Shown here: one piece after another, positions 1 to 14,523 of the stretch | How the letters are laid out: each line of letters starts with the position of its first letter | Numbering within the stretch: position 1 is the stretch's first letter | Source: Octopus vulgaris | Taxonomy: Eukaryota | Assembly: GCA_951406725.2 (NCBI GenBank) | Contig: OX597825.1 | Location: forward strand, 64,976,001 to 65,040,000 | DNA length: 64,000 bases | Direction: 5' to 3' | Program-made: the position numbers and the translations under genes | Notes under the pieces: generated by a model | Told to the model about the DNA's origin: nothing | The model's input: the letters and a program-made list of their open reading frames with translations, nothing else | Databases searched by the model: none

Positions 1-1389
1 GCTTCCTAACCCTACTTCGTTATTGGGTATAAAGGATCAAACTTTAAACCTGTATAACAGTTTTTAAAATTTTTTTCTCGAAGAAATGAATAACGAAATC
101 AGCTTCAGCGTGAAAAATTACATCTGTATACCAAATTTGAAAATTTTTCAGTTGATTCTGAAATTTCAAAAACTGTGACAGCAACAGAAAACATCCTGCA
201 TTTCCACACTCTCATGACAGATATGCCGTCATATAACTCCACACTACTTTATAATGTAATCAAATATATGCTTGTTGTCTCATCTAATTGCTTATGGTTT
301 CCTGAGAATGTAGTCTGAGAATTGCTATCTTCTCCTTCATCTGTTATTACTTAATGAAATTTCACCCAAAACCTTGACGTACAGCTCCGGTCGCTGACAT
401 GTCATGTAAATATTAGGCTCGGGAATTTGGATATAAACGTATGTGCATTTGTCATTCTTAGCATTTCCTCTGCATTACAGAAATTTCTCTTCCATAATTT
501 TAATCCTTCTCCAATAATGTAAAAGCCAAAGTTAATAGCAGTTACTAATGTACTCCATACAGCATGGGTTAATTTTAATCTTCTTTAACATGGCTTTTAA
601 GCCAGACCCGACCAGAGGCTAAACAGCAATAAAACAGTATCAATTACCTTCTATCAAAGAGGTTGAACTTCAAGTCTTGATCTTCTAGAAATAGCATAGA
701 AATTCAGCTCAAAAACCAAAAGAAGATAAAAGGCACAAACCATTTAAAAAACGAAATAAGCCTTCTCAGTGCATTTGGAATACAGGCAATGAAACAAGCC
801 TGTTGCACGTGTATATCTGTGTGTGTGTGTGTGTGTGAGTGTGTGTGTGTGTGTGTGAATGTGTGTGTGTGTCTGTATCTACGTGTGTGTTTGGGTTCGT
901 CCGCGAATGTGCGGGATGTGAATTCAGATCGTACAGATCTGAGGAAATTGCCTGTCGTTAAGCATTTTGCCCGATGATATATTTATGATGATGATGATGA
1001 TGATGATGAGGAAAACGTAAATATGGTCATCAAGATTGTCATCACCATCCTTGTTACCCTCATCATTACCAGCGTCGTGATCTTTATTAAATACAGAACA
1101 ACGATGAACCTGATGATATTCAGATGATAAAGATATAGACGGCATGCATTATATCATCATACCTACACACATTGCTTCCTCCACCTTCTCACCCTACTAA
1201 AAGTCATCTTATCTACTACCACGCCCGCATACGCCTCCCACTCCTCATGAACGTACTACTATCGGCGGTGTCGGAGACGGCTGAGTCATTAGCATCATTA
1301 TCATCATCACTATCATCAACAAAATCGTACAAGGCAACCACTATTGAAGTACACATTCTTCAGACAGTATATGTGCTTGTATATTCTTA

Positions 1390-2400
<1,011 letters not shown>

Positions 2401-3126
2401 TGTATAGAATTCAATTATGTATGTATGTGCAAACAAGTATTAAAAAATTCCTATCTTAGTCTTTGTGATGCATGAAAAAGCGATTGATATAAAAAGCATT
2501 TTACCAAAAATAATAAATAAATAAATAAACGACGAACAATTCCATCCGCTCTGGATGAAGATTCGAAGATAGTTCACGTCATAAATTTAGCGCATCTAAA
2601 GGAATATCAAAGATACGTCGAATGAATTAAAACAATTAATTACTGATGGTTAAGAGTAAATTTAAACATCACAAGGGGGTAAATTAAAAAGGTTAACTAG
2701 CATGATTAAATTAATGAACGGAGAGATTGACCTTTCCAGATTCTTGAAATCATACATAAATACTTATGTAAGGATTGACAAATAGGATAGCCCAACAATG
2801 TTAATCGTTACTCCTCCACATGCAGTAGTTTATATAAATATATTTTGAGTGTAATGTCTAATCTCGGTCATGGACGACATCAAACCCTTACGAATACGTG
2901 AAATTGACCTTAATATTTTATGCAAACAGGAAACACATGAAATTGAATGTTGCTGCGTAAGGGGTCTGGATACTTGGTGAAAGTCGTATTAAATATCACC
3001 CGTGTTTCTTTAAGAAGAAGCATTAGTAATTTTATCGTATTTATTTAATACACACAATTCTATATACATGCCTATATATATACAAATATAGAAACATACG
3101 CCCACACAAATACACATACATATACA

Positions 3127-3326
<200 letters not shown>

Positions 3327-5206
3327 TGCATCCCTGCGCTGCTTTTCCTCCTTCCCACTGAAAAAAGTATATGGAACGGCTTGCAATATTAATCAAGCTT
3401 CAAATTGCTCCCGAGTCTGCACTTACTTTGCATACAATCATGTTATATAGTTTAAGAAAACTGTAATTGGCCTAATTGGCTGGGATTATTTCAGCAGTAC
3501 TGAACATTTCGTACTAGGTTCCACGTTTATTCCAACTGAGAATCACCCTTCTAAGTATTTTAATAACTAATTTGTTCTAGATCTGTGAACTTGCATAACT
3601 TCTATTCTAACTACATATCTTCTACAGGCCTCAAATTCCAAACTAGGTCACTCATTAATGATATGGTTGTCGTTACCTCTAACAACTCATATTCTTACAT
3701 AAATCATGCTTATCTATATTCCTCTCTAAATCTAATCTTTCACACCCAAGGACTTTTCCCATGCAGCCTCGTAACCTCACACTAAACTTACATTGAATCA
3801 GTTACCTAGGTTCTAGAATTTATCTTCCTTGGGCTACATGCCGGCTTTGTGACCTACAGGCCCCGTAAATTAGTCTGCACATGAAGAAATTCTCGCAGCG
3901 TACCTCTTCCTAAACATGAGCTATACGCAACTTAAAATCTTAACAATGGCTTCTAATCCTCGATTTCACCGACAAGATGGCAAAAAAAGAAAATTACATG
4001 TTTAAAACTGACTTTTGCCCTCACTGATAAAATGTAGCTCTGCACAAAACAATTTCTGTAAGATTGTGATGGAAGGACCAGATGTTTGTCTTTTTGGGAA
4101 TACCACTGTGTTAATACACGTTTATTCAGACACATCATTGCAGAGTTTATGAAAGCAACCTCCTGTTTTGTCTTGTAACGGCATCAACCGGGGGGAGTTA
4201 ATCAGGCGCCTAGTGGTTCATAGGAGTTTCAAGAGCTGATCAGAATCCGCGAAAACAGTCCCCGTCTGTAGTCGTATGTCACCGTACACGAGCGGTGGCA
4301 GATCATCTTCGTGTTACGCCTTCTCGCCGCAAGATGCCCGTAGACGGGATCCAATGCCACCACATACACACACACACATACACAGACACACATATACACA
4401 GTCCTATGATAGCCTAGCTAAACGAAACTACGAAGCCACTGCCAATAATATCCCCGTTTAAGAACAATATGTATACCGATAGATACATAGATAGAGAGAG
4501 AGAGAGACAGGCAGACAAACAGAGAGAGAGAGAGAGAGAGAGATGTCATTGTTATGTTAGATCATACACGAAGATATTAATAAACGCAATAACAATTTTA
4601 CTATTGTCATCAGTACACCATTGCAATCCCACAATTCCTTCCTTCCTTTCTCCACCAAAATCATTGAATATAAACATATGTATTTCAAATACTTTACAGA
4701 GAATTATGATTTGTCATCGCTCTGCTAATAATGCATTTCTTTTTTTACTTCTTTCTCACATTAATCTACTTATCGGTAGAAATCAAAATCTGATTATATA
4801 TGTTGAGTCAACAATACCAGAGAACAATTTTAATGGGTTTGGATGGTCTTATTGAAAATAACTGATATTGTTACTGAGATAGTTGTAGTTGCTGTTTTTG
4901 CTTCTCCTGTTGTTCTTCTTCGTGATTCTCTTTTAATTCTATAGCGATGATAGCAGAGACGTTGACCGTAGTGGTGGCGGTGGCGGTGGCGGTGGTGGTC
5001 TTCGTGGTAATCGTAGTGATAGTCATGGTGGTGTTGATGACGGTTCGTAATATTGATAATGTTAGATTTATTTGTTATCGTTACTGCTGTGAATATATGA
5101 ATAAATAAACAAATAAGTTAATAAATGCATTAATAGGAAGATTACCTAGATGGAAATTCTCTTGTTCTCTATCATCAATATGTACATAATCGTGTTAGAG
5201 TGTACG

Positions 5207-5208
5207 TA

Positions 5209-5270
<62 letters not shown>

Positions 5271-5620
5271 ATATATAAGCACTCATATGCGCTTTTGTAT
5301 TCATGTACATGTTCATATGTATGTTTAAACGTCTATAATATAGACTCTATATACATATATACACGCACATACATATACATGCTTCTAGTGTGTGCGTATA
5401 TATATATGTATATATATATATATATATATATGGACGTAGATGCATGTGCGCGTGTGAGTTGTGTGTGTATGTTTCTATGTGTGCGTATGTATGTCTCTGC
5501 GTTTTTGTGTGTGTGTATGTGTATGTATGCTGGTATATATATATAAATATATATGTGCGTATATGTATATATGTATATATATAGAAATATATATATACAT
5601 ATATCTATATATACATATAT

Positions 5621-5660
<40 letters not shown>

Positions 5661-5673
5661 ACCCACACCCACC

Positions 5674-5735
<62 letters not shown>

Positions 5736-5740
5736 TACAT
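5207..5740. repeat. Compound (TA)n/(TG)n/(CA)n microsatellite field
   Basis: Directly visible dinucleotide runs. Confidence 0.9.
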
Positions 5741-6352
5741 AAGAAGACTATTATTTTACGGGAGATTATAGAATTTCTATATTTCTGTGTAAACAAATCA
5801 ACTTTGGAAATCTCCATTTATTTACGTTCCAAAACAGTCGTCTCCAAATGTTGTTGTTTTGCTAAGACTACGTTCAATGCAGTTTTCCTTTTCCGTTCTG
5901 CTATATCCACAGTAATCACAGTTTCACTCATCTGTGTACTATGACTACGATATATATATATAGATGTTGTTCGTCTTGTTTTGTTTGATTTCGTTTTTAA
6001 GTCTAATATGGTATATTCTAATCCTTAATCAGCTTTAATCTTATTGTGTTGAAGTAGATTTCGTTGATCAGAAATATAAGGAATTAGCTTTAAGTTCAAC
6101 AAACATATTTATAAATAACATTTGTTTATTTCTGAAGTGAACGGATGAAGAAATTGTAGTACATTGAAAAAAAAAAAAAAAAAAAAAAAAACAAGCAAAC
6201 AAAACAGAAAACATGAAGCTATCGATATCGCTTGCATTAACACATATACATTAGACGTGCATGTGCATATATGTAAATATATATTCATGCACACATGTAC
6301 TCATGTACATGTATCTATATGTGTATATGTAAGTGTGTATGTATATATATAG

Positions 6353-6393
<41 letters not shown>

Positions 6394-6404
6394 ATATATA
6401 TATA

Positions 6405-6777
6405 TCTCTATATATAAATGGCAGTTTGTCTGTGCGTGTTTCTGTGTGTCTGTTTGCTTGTACCTTCACCCTGACCACGGCTTTCAACCGATTCTGATGA
6501 AACTTGACACACACATAGCCCAATGTCATAATTCAAAACTAACGCAGCGAAAATTTTGAAAAGTTCCCCCAGTTCTGAAAAAATCGATAAATTCGACATG
6601 GGGTCCAGAATCAGAAACACAAACTGTCTAGGGGGCGCAACTCCACCTTTTTTAACTAAAAAAAAAATTTACCATCATTTTTCTCCATTTTTTTGCTATT
6701 TTTTGGCTATAACTCTCTAAAAATGCTTTATAGTTATTTCCCTTACAAACCTGAGCAACGCCGGGCGATACTGCTAG
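6405..6777 (+). mobile_element. Non-autonomous Helitron, copy 1 (373 bp)
   Basis: Starts A|TCTCTATATATAAA and ends CTAG|T (CTAG at 6774-6777). GC-rich hairpin CCTGAGCAACGCCGGG lies just upstream of the 3' end. No TSD; inserted between A and T within (TA)n. Near-identical copy at 58857-59240. Confidence 0.85.
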
Positions 6778-6801
6778 TATATATATATATATATATATAT
6801 A

Positions 6802-6858
<57 letters not shown>

Positions 6859-7064
6859 ATATATATAATATATATATATGTATTTTGTATGTAGGTATGA
6901 TATATGTATATATACTAATTATATACTATTTATTTATTATTTCGTACTTTATTTAGTTCTAGGTAAATGTTTATCGTATCTTTAATTTCGTTCTATATGG
7001 TATGATTTAAGTATATCATTGTTGAATTTCTACATGGTGGTTCTTCTCTAATATATATATGCAT

Positions 7065-7094
<30 letters not shown>

Positions 7095-7095
<1 letters not shown>

Positions 7096-7251
7096 AATCT
7101 CAGAGCGAGTTATAAACAGTAGCAGCAACACATCGTGACGTATATTTGCCATTTGAATATGGCTAACCCCTAAGGGTGGATGCTCCTGGGGCTACAAACT
7201 ACAGTAGCATCCACCCTTAGGGGTTAGCCATATTCAAATGGCAAATATACG

Positions 7252-7255
<4 letters not shown>
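7095..7255. mobile_element. Inverted (fold-back) fragment of the 353-nt hammerhead-bearing family; perfect 50-bp inverted repeat
   Basis: 7135-7184 is the exact reverse complement of 7206-7255, with a 21-nt loop. Both arms match 33268-33340, and 7095-7134 matches 32987-33027 in reverse. Flanked by (TA)n. Confidence 0.85.
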
Positions 7256-7321
<66 letters not shown>

Positions 7322-7322
<1 letters not shown>

Positions 7323-7460
7323 TTGTTTCAGTCACTCTACTATGTCCATCCTGGGGTACTGCTTTGAAGTTTTATTCGATCATAGACCACTACATTTCAT
7401 TTTTTAAAGCGTGGCTTATATTTTATCGAGTTGTGTTTGCCGAACTACTACGTTATGAGT
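7322..7460 (-). mobile_element. SINE family B, degenerate 3' fragment
   Basis: CTTGTTTCAGTCA...TTTGCCGAAC is similar to 48440-48565 and 57790-57925. Confidence 0.55.
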
Positions 7461-7998
7461 ACGAGTCTAAACAGAAAGAATCACACTCAGACACGCAAAC
7501 ACACACATACACACATATATATAGATAGATTGAAGCTCCTAAAGGAATCCAGGAACTAGGGGTTGTCCTCGAGATGCACGATGGATGAAGCATACCACCC
7601 GATTAAGCCATGGAGTACTTTAAAATTAGAACGAAAAGGAACGGTGAAATCGGCTGTAGTTCTGCTAATCCGACGTACTGGACTTGTATTCATGTAAAAA
7701 CTCGTATGCACACACGCTCACACACTAACACACAAACATACGCGCTTGGAAACACGCTTCCACAGATGTATGTATATTTATACTACAGTCGCTATGCATT
7801 AAAATGACGCCATACTGGTTTGTGGCAATGTACGGGAGAGATTGGTGACCACGATAACTTGCTCTATGTATTTCGTCGATTTCTGAGGGCTAAAAGGCAT
7901 TCGGTTCATGTAGCATTTGATATCAGAACACGAATACCCGAATAACATAAGCCACCTAAACAATCTCCGAAAGACGCATATGAATGTCTCTCTCCCTC

Positions 7999-8047
<49 letters not shown>

Positions 8048-8151
8048 ATATACACACCCCACACGCATACACTAAGCACATTAAATCTTACAAAGCAAAA
8101 CTTCAAGTGGTGCCGAAAGTATTAATGTACTGGGGTATGATGTTTGCAAGT

Positions 8152-8470
8152 GGAGGCGCAATGGCCCAGTGGTTAGGGCAGCGGTCTCGCGGCCGGAGGA
8201 TCACGGTTTCGATTCCCAGACCGGGTGTTGTGTGTGTTCATTGAGCGAAAACACCTAAAGCTCCACGAGGCTCCGGCAGGTGGTGGTGGCGACCCCTATT
8301 ATACTTTTTTGCCCCAACTTTCTCTCACTCTTTCTTCCTGTTTCTTGAGTAACGCTGCGATGGCCCATAAGCCTGGCTAGGCTTGAAAAGGGGGCATTAA
8401 AAAAATAATGATGTTTGCACATGTGAAATAAATGAACGGAAATAATGAACGTTGAGTATTCCACTACACA
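8152..8470 (+). mobile_element. tRNA-derived SINE family C, copy 1
   Basis: Pol III A box TGGCCCAGTGG (8162-8172) and B box GGTTTCGATTCCC (8205-8217). First ~200 nt are homologous to 24893-25090. 3' end approximate. Confidence 0.8.
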
Positions 8471-9146
8471 GAAAAATGTATCTTATATATATTTATATGC
8501 GTGTGTATGTGTGTATAATGTAAGTGGTGTCATTCTCTATATATTTATGTTTACATAAATATGCGTGGCAGCGATAGTCTGTTTATATAAGCATATGTGT
8601 TGTATATGAGTGTGTATATGTATGTGAATTTGTCAGTGATTATTTTTTGAATTGATATACAACTTCCTGAAAATATAATCTGTTTTCGTTTTATTGAGAA
8701 CAAAATACGATAACAATTGGATCATCGGGATTAGAAGACGAACAGCTAAATGAGTATATATGTGTGTGTTGTGTGTGTGCATGTGTGTTTTTGTATCTAT
8801 GAGTTGTTGTTTTTTATAAGTGTGTCTGTGTCTGTGAGCGCGTGAGTGCTTGCTGTCTAGTTATCAGTATGCGCGTGCTCAAGTTCATTCACTGAAATAA
8901 AACTTTTTTGAAGAATGATAGAAAGAAGCACAAGATGAGATAAGCCAGTTTTTTTTTAATTTTTTTTTTTTATTAATTTTAAATCCGAGCTAATTTTAGT
9001 TTTCCCTTGTTTAAGTATGGCTATTATGTATGTGTGTATGTGTGTGAGTAGTTTAGCTACGAGCACGCACAAATATACACATATAGGTAAACAAATGTAA
9101 GCACGTACACACATGTACACACACACACACACATATATATGTATGA

Positions 9147-9195
<49 letters not shown>

Positions 9196-9269
9196 TGTAT
9201 GTATGTATGTAAATATGTCTGTGTGCATACTCACACACAAACACATTCACACGCGCAATGATATATATG

Positions 9270-9328
<59 letters not shown>

Positions 9329-9372
9329 GTGGGTGTTATTTGTCTCGATAGCCATCAACTAACGGATTAACC

Positions 9373-9426
9373 TATCTTTAACTGATGAAGCTTATTTACC
9401 TGAGTGAAGCTTCAGTTTTCTAGATA
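9373..9426 (+). ncRNA. Degenerate minimal type-I hammerhead ribozyme motif
   Basis: TATCTTTAA-CTGATGA(9382-9388)-A-GCTTA/TTTACC/TGAGT (stem II)-GAAG (normally GAAA)-CT TC AGT-T|TTCTAGATA. Stem I pairs 7 of 9 positions. Confidence 0.55.
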
Positions 9427-9515
9427 ATAATCTACGATGTATCACCAGATTAACATTACCTTTACTTTATCTTGCTAACCAGGTCACATTGTCTGAGCAA
9501 TATCTGTTGTAAACC

Positions 9516-9933
9516 AAGGCTGTGAGATGGCGGAAACGTTAGCACGCCAGGCGAAACGCTTAGCAGTATTTCGTCTGCCGTTACGTTCTGAGTTCAAATT
9601 CCACCGAGGTCGACTTTGCTTTTTTCATCCTTTCGGGGTCAATAAATTAAGTACCAGTTACGCACTGGGATCGATATAATCGACTTAATCCATTTGTATG
9701 TCCTAGTTTGTCCCTTGTGGGGAGTAAAGAAATAAGAAACATTAGCACGCTGGGCGAAATGCTTTGCGGTATTTTGTCTGTCTTTTCGTTCTGAGTTCAA
9801 ATTCCGCCGAGGTCGACTTTGCCTGTCATCCCTTCACGATCGATAAATTAAGTACCAGTTGCGTACTGGAGTCAACCTAATCGACTGGCCTCCTCCCCCA
9901 AAATTTCGAGCCTAGTGCCTAGAGTAGAAAAGT
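9516..9933 (+). mobile_element. SINE family A, heterodimer
   Basis: Head AAGGC-GTGAG-TGGC-GAAACGTTAGCACGCC, B-box-like GAGTTCAAATTCC and core GCCTTTCATCCTTTCGGGGTCGATAAATTAAGTACCAG-type sequence present twice. 16-bp TSD ATAT(C/T)TGTTGTAAACC at 9500-9515 and 9934-9949. Confidence 0.9.
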
Positions 9934-10746
9934 ATATTTGTTGTAAACCTACTAATAATACGAACAACGCAACAACAACAAAGCAATGTTTTCTAATTTA
10001 TCCACAAGGCCAGCAATTTCAAGAGAAGTCGGTTAATCGGTTATACTGTCCCCCGTATTTGACAGTCATTAAACTCTTTCGACCCCCAGGGGGGTGAAAG
10101 TCAAAGTTAACTTTTGTTAGATTTGATGCCAATAACCGGAAGAAATAACGCAAATCATTTTTTCTAACGCTACAACGAACATGTTAATCCATCATCTGAA
10201 TATAATTAATCATTCAGTCACAAGGCTACTAATTTTCGTATTAGAGTTCAGCCGATTAAATCGGTGACATTACTCCACTGATGTAAAGTACTTGTCAACT
10301 GAGCGAAGTGTTTGACAAGAGCTATGTATGATAGTTTCAACTGTTCTCTGCTCTCAAAACTGTTGAACGTGTGTACCTTACTGAAAAATAACTTATCTAA
10401 TTTCAAAAACTGATGGCATCGGATTTGTGTTTTATTCTTTCGAGGTAAAAGAAAAAAGTAAATATTTCGAGGTAAACGAAATATAGTATCAGTAAAATAT
10501 CAGAGTCGAGAGTAACAACTATAATTCTCTCTTCAAACTTGCTAGATTTGGGCCGAAATAGGTACAATTTTTCCGAGTTCAAATCCTACCAGGGTTGACA
10601 TAATCTTTCACTCTCCCAGCGCCATGCAGTGAGGTTGATGGTGTCGCTCAGCAATGGGTGTCATCCTCTCAGCCTTCCTCTCAAAATCTCTGGTTATCTG
10701 AGGCACAAATAGCGCCTGAATCAGAAGCTGTTATTATTATTATTTT

Positions 10747-10747
<1 letters not shown>

Positions 10748-10827
<80 letters not shown>

Positions 10828-10843
10828 CCGTAGTAGTAGTAGC

Positions 10844-10885
<42 letters not shown>
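10748..10885. repeat. (AGT)n microsatellite
   Basis: Long TAGTAG run; explains the poly-Ser and poly-Tyr ORFs. Confidence 0.95.
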
Positions 10886-10949
10886 CTATAGTATTTTTCT
10901 CTGCAAACACAAATGCGTGCATTTTCATCGTTCGCAGTGCAGTGCTTTA

Positions 10950-11200
10950 TTTTAGTTTAATATTTTGCTAATCTTTTGGGACTACACACATTAGGCTTTT
11001 GAATATACGTGCGATATGTTGCCTGTGCTATTTTCTCAATACCTGGCGTATGTATATATCCTGCCACTTCGGAGATATATGCATTATAATTTTCTGCATC
11101 TTTTTTTAAGGAAATTCCCAAGGCAACTATTACTATCGAGGTAGTTTCTGTTCCCTTTCCCAAGTTACAGTTTAACTTTATTTTCTGATTTTCATACTTG
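10950..11200 (-). pseudogene. Highly decayed C-terminal fragment of an R4/Dong-type LINE
   Basis: ORF 10957-11163 (TETTSIVIVALG...IEKIA) parallels the VVVVPIIVGALG...LHKKAL C-terminus at ~48250-48380. Abuts (TTA)n at ~11203-11270. Confidence 0.5.
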
Positions 11201-11210
11201 TTTATTGTTA

Positions 11211-11270
<60 letters not shown>

Positions 11271-11424
11271 GTGCTATTGTTGTTGTTGTTCTTGTTCTTA
11301 TAAATCAGATTTTTATTTGTACATCATCCTTGTACTTCCTCCAACATATGATAACACTTGCCTATTTATGAAACTTATTATTGTTGTTGGTGTTGTTATT
11401 GTTGTTGTATTTGTGTTTCTGGTT

Positions 11425-11625
11425 AAGGCGGTGAGCTCCGTAGAATGGTTGGACACCGGACAAAATGCTTAATGGCATTTCGTCCGTTTTTACATTCTGT
11501 GTTCAACTTCTTTTGAGGTCTACTTTGTTTTTTATCGTTTCGAGGCCAATGAAATAAGTACCAGTTACGCACTGGAGCCGATGTAATAGATTGACCTCAG
11601 TGCTTATAGTACTTATTATAGAAAG
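11425..11625 (+). mobile_element. SINE family A, degenerate monomer
   Basis: AAGGCGGTGAGCT head and GAAATAAGTACCAGTTACGCACTGG core. Confidence 0.75.
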
Positions 11626-11879
11626 GATTATTATTATGTGAGCAGCGAGGAGGCAAAATTCTCAGCTATATTTCTCTGGCTCTTCTTTTACGTTCTGTGA
11701 CGCAATTCCACTGACGTTGTCTTCACAGTTCACCCAATCGTAGTCGATAAAATTAGTAACAGGCTTTGTGTCTATAGTAGAAAGAAATATTGTTGTTTTT
11801 GTTGTTGTCATAATTGATGCTGATGTGGTTTCTTTTGCTGATGCTGCAGTTGCTGAGTTTGTTATAGTAGCAGAAACTG

Positions 11880-12072
11880 TTTTTCCCCTTTTTACAATGA
11901 CATTTCTGTGATACACAATCCCTATTGATCGTCCCCACTTTTTTTTCTTTTTCACGATCCCTTTTGATCGGAATCCGACCCATTTTTTTCTTTCCTTTCC
12001 TCCCAAAAAGAAAAGCTCTACTTTGTATTTTGTCCTTTCTGTGTTCAGCCCTACGTGGCCAATAAAGAAATC
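11880..12072 (+). mobile_element. 5'-truncated L1/Tx1-type LINE 3' UTR fragment with TSD
   Basis: Homologous to the reverse complement of ~46695-46935 (GACATTTCTGTGATA, ATCCCTATTGATC, CGATCCCTTTTGATCG, AATAAAGAAA). 17-bp TSD TATAGTAG(C/T)AGAAACTG at 11863-11879 and 12073-12089. Confidence 0.8.
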
Positions 12073-12388
12073 TATAGTAGTAGAAACTGCATCAAATACA
12101 ACCTACGTAGCATGTTTTCAAATACCTTTAATCTTTCTGGGTTTGTTTTAAAATATCGTTGAAACATGCAGAATGTAACTAACCAAAACAGTATGGATAC
12201 AAAGGCATTGAACCCCTAGAAACTGTCTAGAAAGTTACCTTGAAATGCTGGAGGAAGACACTTTGGAGATCTCAGTGGTGTACAACTTGTGTCAGTAAAT
12301 AACTTAACCATCCCCTTTAAAGAATAGTTAAGACACTATATGAACCAAATAACAGAAAACTTTTAAATGTTTAAGTATGTGTGTATGT

Positions 12389-12440
<52 letters not shown>

Positions 12441-12640
12441 ATCCGATTAAAAACTCTTCAAGGCGGTGCAGTACCATAGCTGCAGTCTAATGACTGAAAT
12501 AAGTAAAAGATTATATATATACATATATATTTTGGAAGGTTTGGAGATGATGTACAGGTATTTTATATTAGAAGAAATGAGGTACTCAGAAATTCGGATG
12601 GTTTTATATTTACATATATTTATTTATATATTACATGTTC

Positions 12641-12704
<64 letters not shown>

Positions 12705-12723
12705 CGCACACACACACACGCAT

Positions 12724-12760
<37 letters not shown>

Positions 12761-13305
12761 CATGGCACCTTAACATGTTAATCAGGTTTCCTGACGCCTT
12801 ATCTCAATACGCTTACTGTTTCGTTCTTCATCAATTGAGGCACACCTCTTCTTCCGGGTATATAACATCCTGTTCTCTCATTGCACCTTGTCATAGTCAT
12901 GTGTTGTAATATTACTCAGGCCAACCCTTCCACTTGGTACAACGCCGCCAAGCGTTTTGTCTTTTAGCTGCAACTCTACAGAATTTGGCAGCCTCCACTG
13001 ATCACTAGTTCTGCCCATTGTGATCTCAATCCCAGCCTGGAAGGCAATACAGTCACATGGGTATTGGTATTGTAACACCTTCTCAGCGTGAGTCATCGCA
13101 AATTCTTCCCTCGGACTCTGATGGGGAGTTCCAACTCGTCCTTTCCATACAGGATGACGATATTCAGATACCGTGAAATTCCTAGGCGCTTCCCCAGGAA
13201 ACCGCTGTCTCTACTCTCGAAAGTCCTCATATAGAAAAAGACCTGTCCAATATGCGTGTGTATGAGAGAAAGAGAGAGAGAAGAGAGAATTTGTGTGTTT
13301 AAAGT

Positions 13306-13360
<55 letters not shown>

Positions 13361-13694
13361 TAATAGACAGACCCACATAGGACCACGCTCGACAGGTTGT
13401 AGTAGGGTTAGCTTAGCCAAGTAAGTCACACAAGAACCCAAGTCTTGAGTTATCCAACTAAGTCACACAAGAACGTGGCTTTGGTTACGGATGCATCAGT
13501 AGGTACTTCCCAATCTATCGCGCTATGGAAACGAAACCAAAGTCATGTTCTTGTGCAATCATACAACCATGTCAGTGCTAATACAGATTTCACCATAGTG
13601 TTGGTCATGTATAACTTTCGTAATGATGAATATGATGATTACAAACCTTAGCTTCCTTATCCTTTAGACTATGCTTACAATTATATGTAATTGT

Positions 13695-14093
13695 AAGGCG
13701 GTGATCTGGCCGAAACGTTAGCACGCCGGCCGAAATGCTTAGCAGTATTTCGTCTGGCGTTACGTTCCGAGTTCAAATTCCGCCGAGGTCGACTTTGCCT
13801 TTCATCCTTTCGGGGTCGATAAATTAAGTACCACTTACGCACTGGGGTCGATATAATCGACTTAATCCGTGTGTCTGTCCTTGTTTGTCCCTTCTGTGTT
13901 TAGCCCCTTGTGGGCAGTAAAGAAATATGTATTTCGTCTGACTTTACGTTCTGTGTTCAAATTCCGGCGAGGTCGACTTTGTCTTTCATCCTTTCGGGCT
14001 CGATAAATTAAGTACCCGTTAAGTACTGGGGTGGATCTAATCGATTGCCCCCCTCCCCCAAAATTTCCGGCCTTGTGCTTAGAATAGAAAGGA
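13695..14093 (+). mobile_element. SINE family A, heterodimer
   Basis: Full left monomer to ~13927, then a head-less second unit ending CCCCCAAAATTTCCGGCCTTGTGCTTAGAATAGAAAGG. Confidence 0.9.
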
Positions 14094-14472
14094 ATAATAT
14101 AGAGTTGTTTGGTGGGCATGTGCATTTTACTGTTCAGTTTGTTTATTTTCTTTATTTGTTTTTGTTTTTTTATTTCGCTTTTGATAAATTTTAGGAATTC
14201 TGCATTATTGAAAAAATTTCGTATTTTATACTTTTCGTATGTTTACTTGCTTATTTATTGTTAGTTGTTGTTCTATTTATTGTTATATTTTTTTATTTCT
14301 TTATCGGAAATTTTTTTAAGCATTACGTTGTTTATTTTATCTGAGTCGTGATTTTACATGAAATGAATTTTCAATTTTATACCTGGAGCAATAACAAAGG
14401 AATACGAATGCCTTATTCTTAGTGTTCAATCTCACCTGAATGATAAGAAAAAGAAATATGTTTTGTTCATTT

Positions 14473-14523
<51 letters not shown>

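Noticed and set aside
1-250. Possible DNA-transposon internal fragment (also ~45635-46000 and 49780-49970)
   Set aside because: Only a general resemblance; no termini, TSD or second copy in the window.
6494-6505. CTGATGA inside both Helitron copies (also ~58947)
   Set aside because: No stem II-GAAA-stem III arrangement follows; not a hammerhead.
8152-8225. tRNA-like sequences (also 24893, 36937, 39562, 55175)
   Set aside because: A/B boxes continue into shared SINE bodies without a proper acceptor stem or terminator; these are SINE heads, not tRNA genes.
12760-13250. Balanced-GC island with a TATA-like GGGTATATAA, possible solo LTR or pLTR
   Set aside because: No TG...CA ends, TSD, second copy or complete ribozyme motif could be established.
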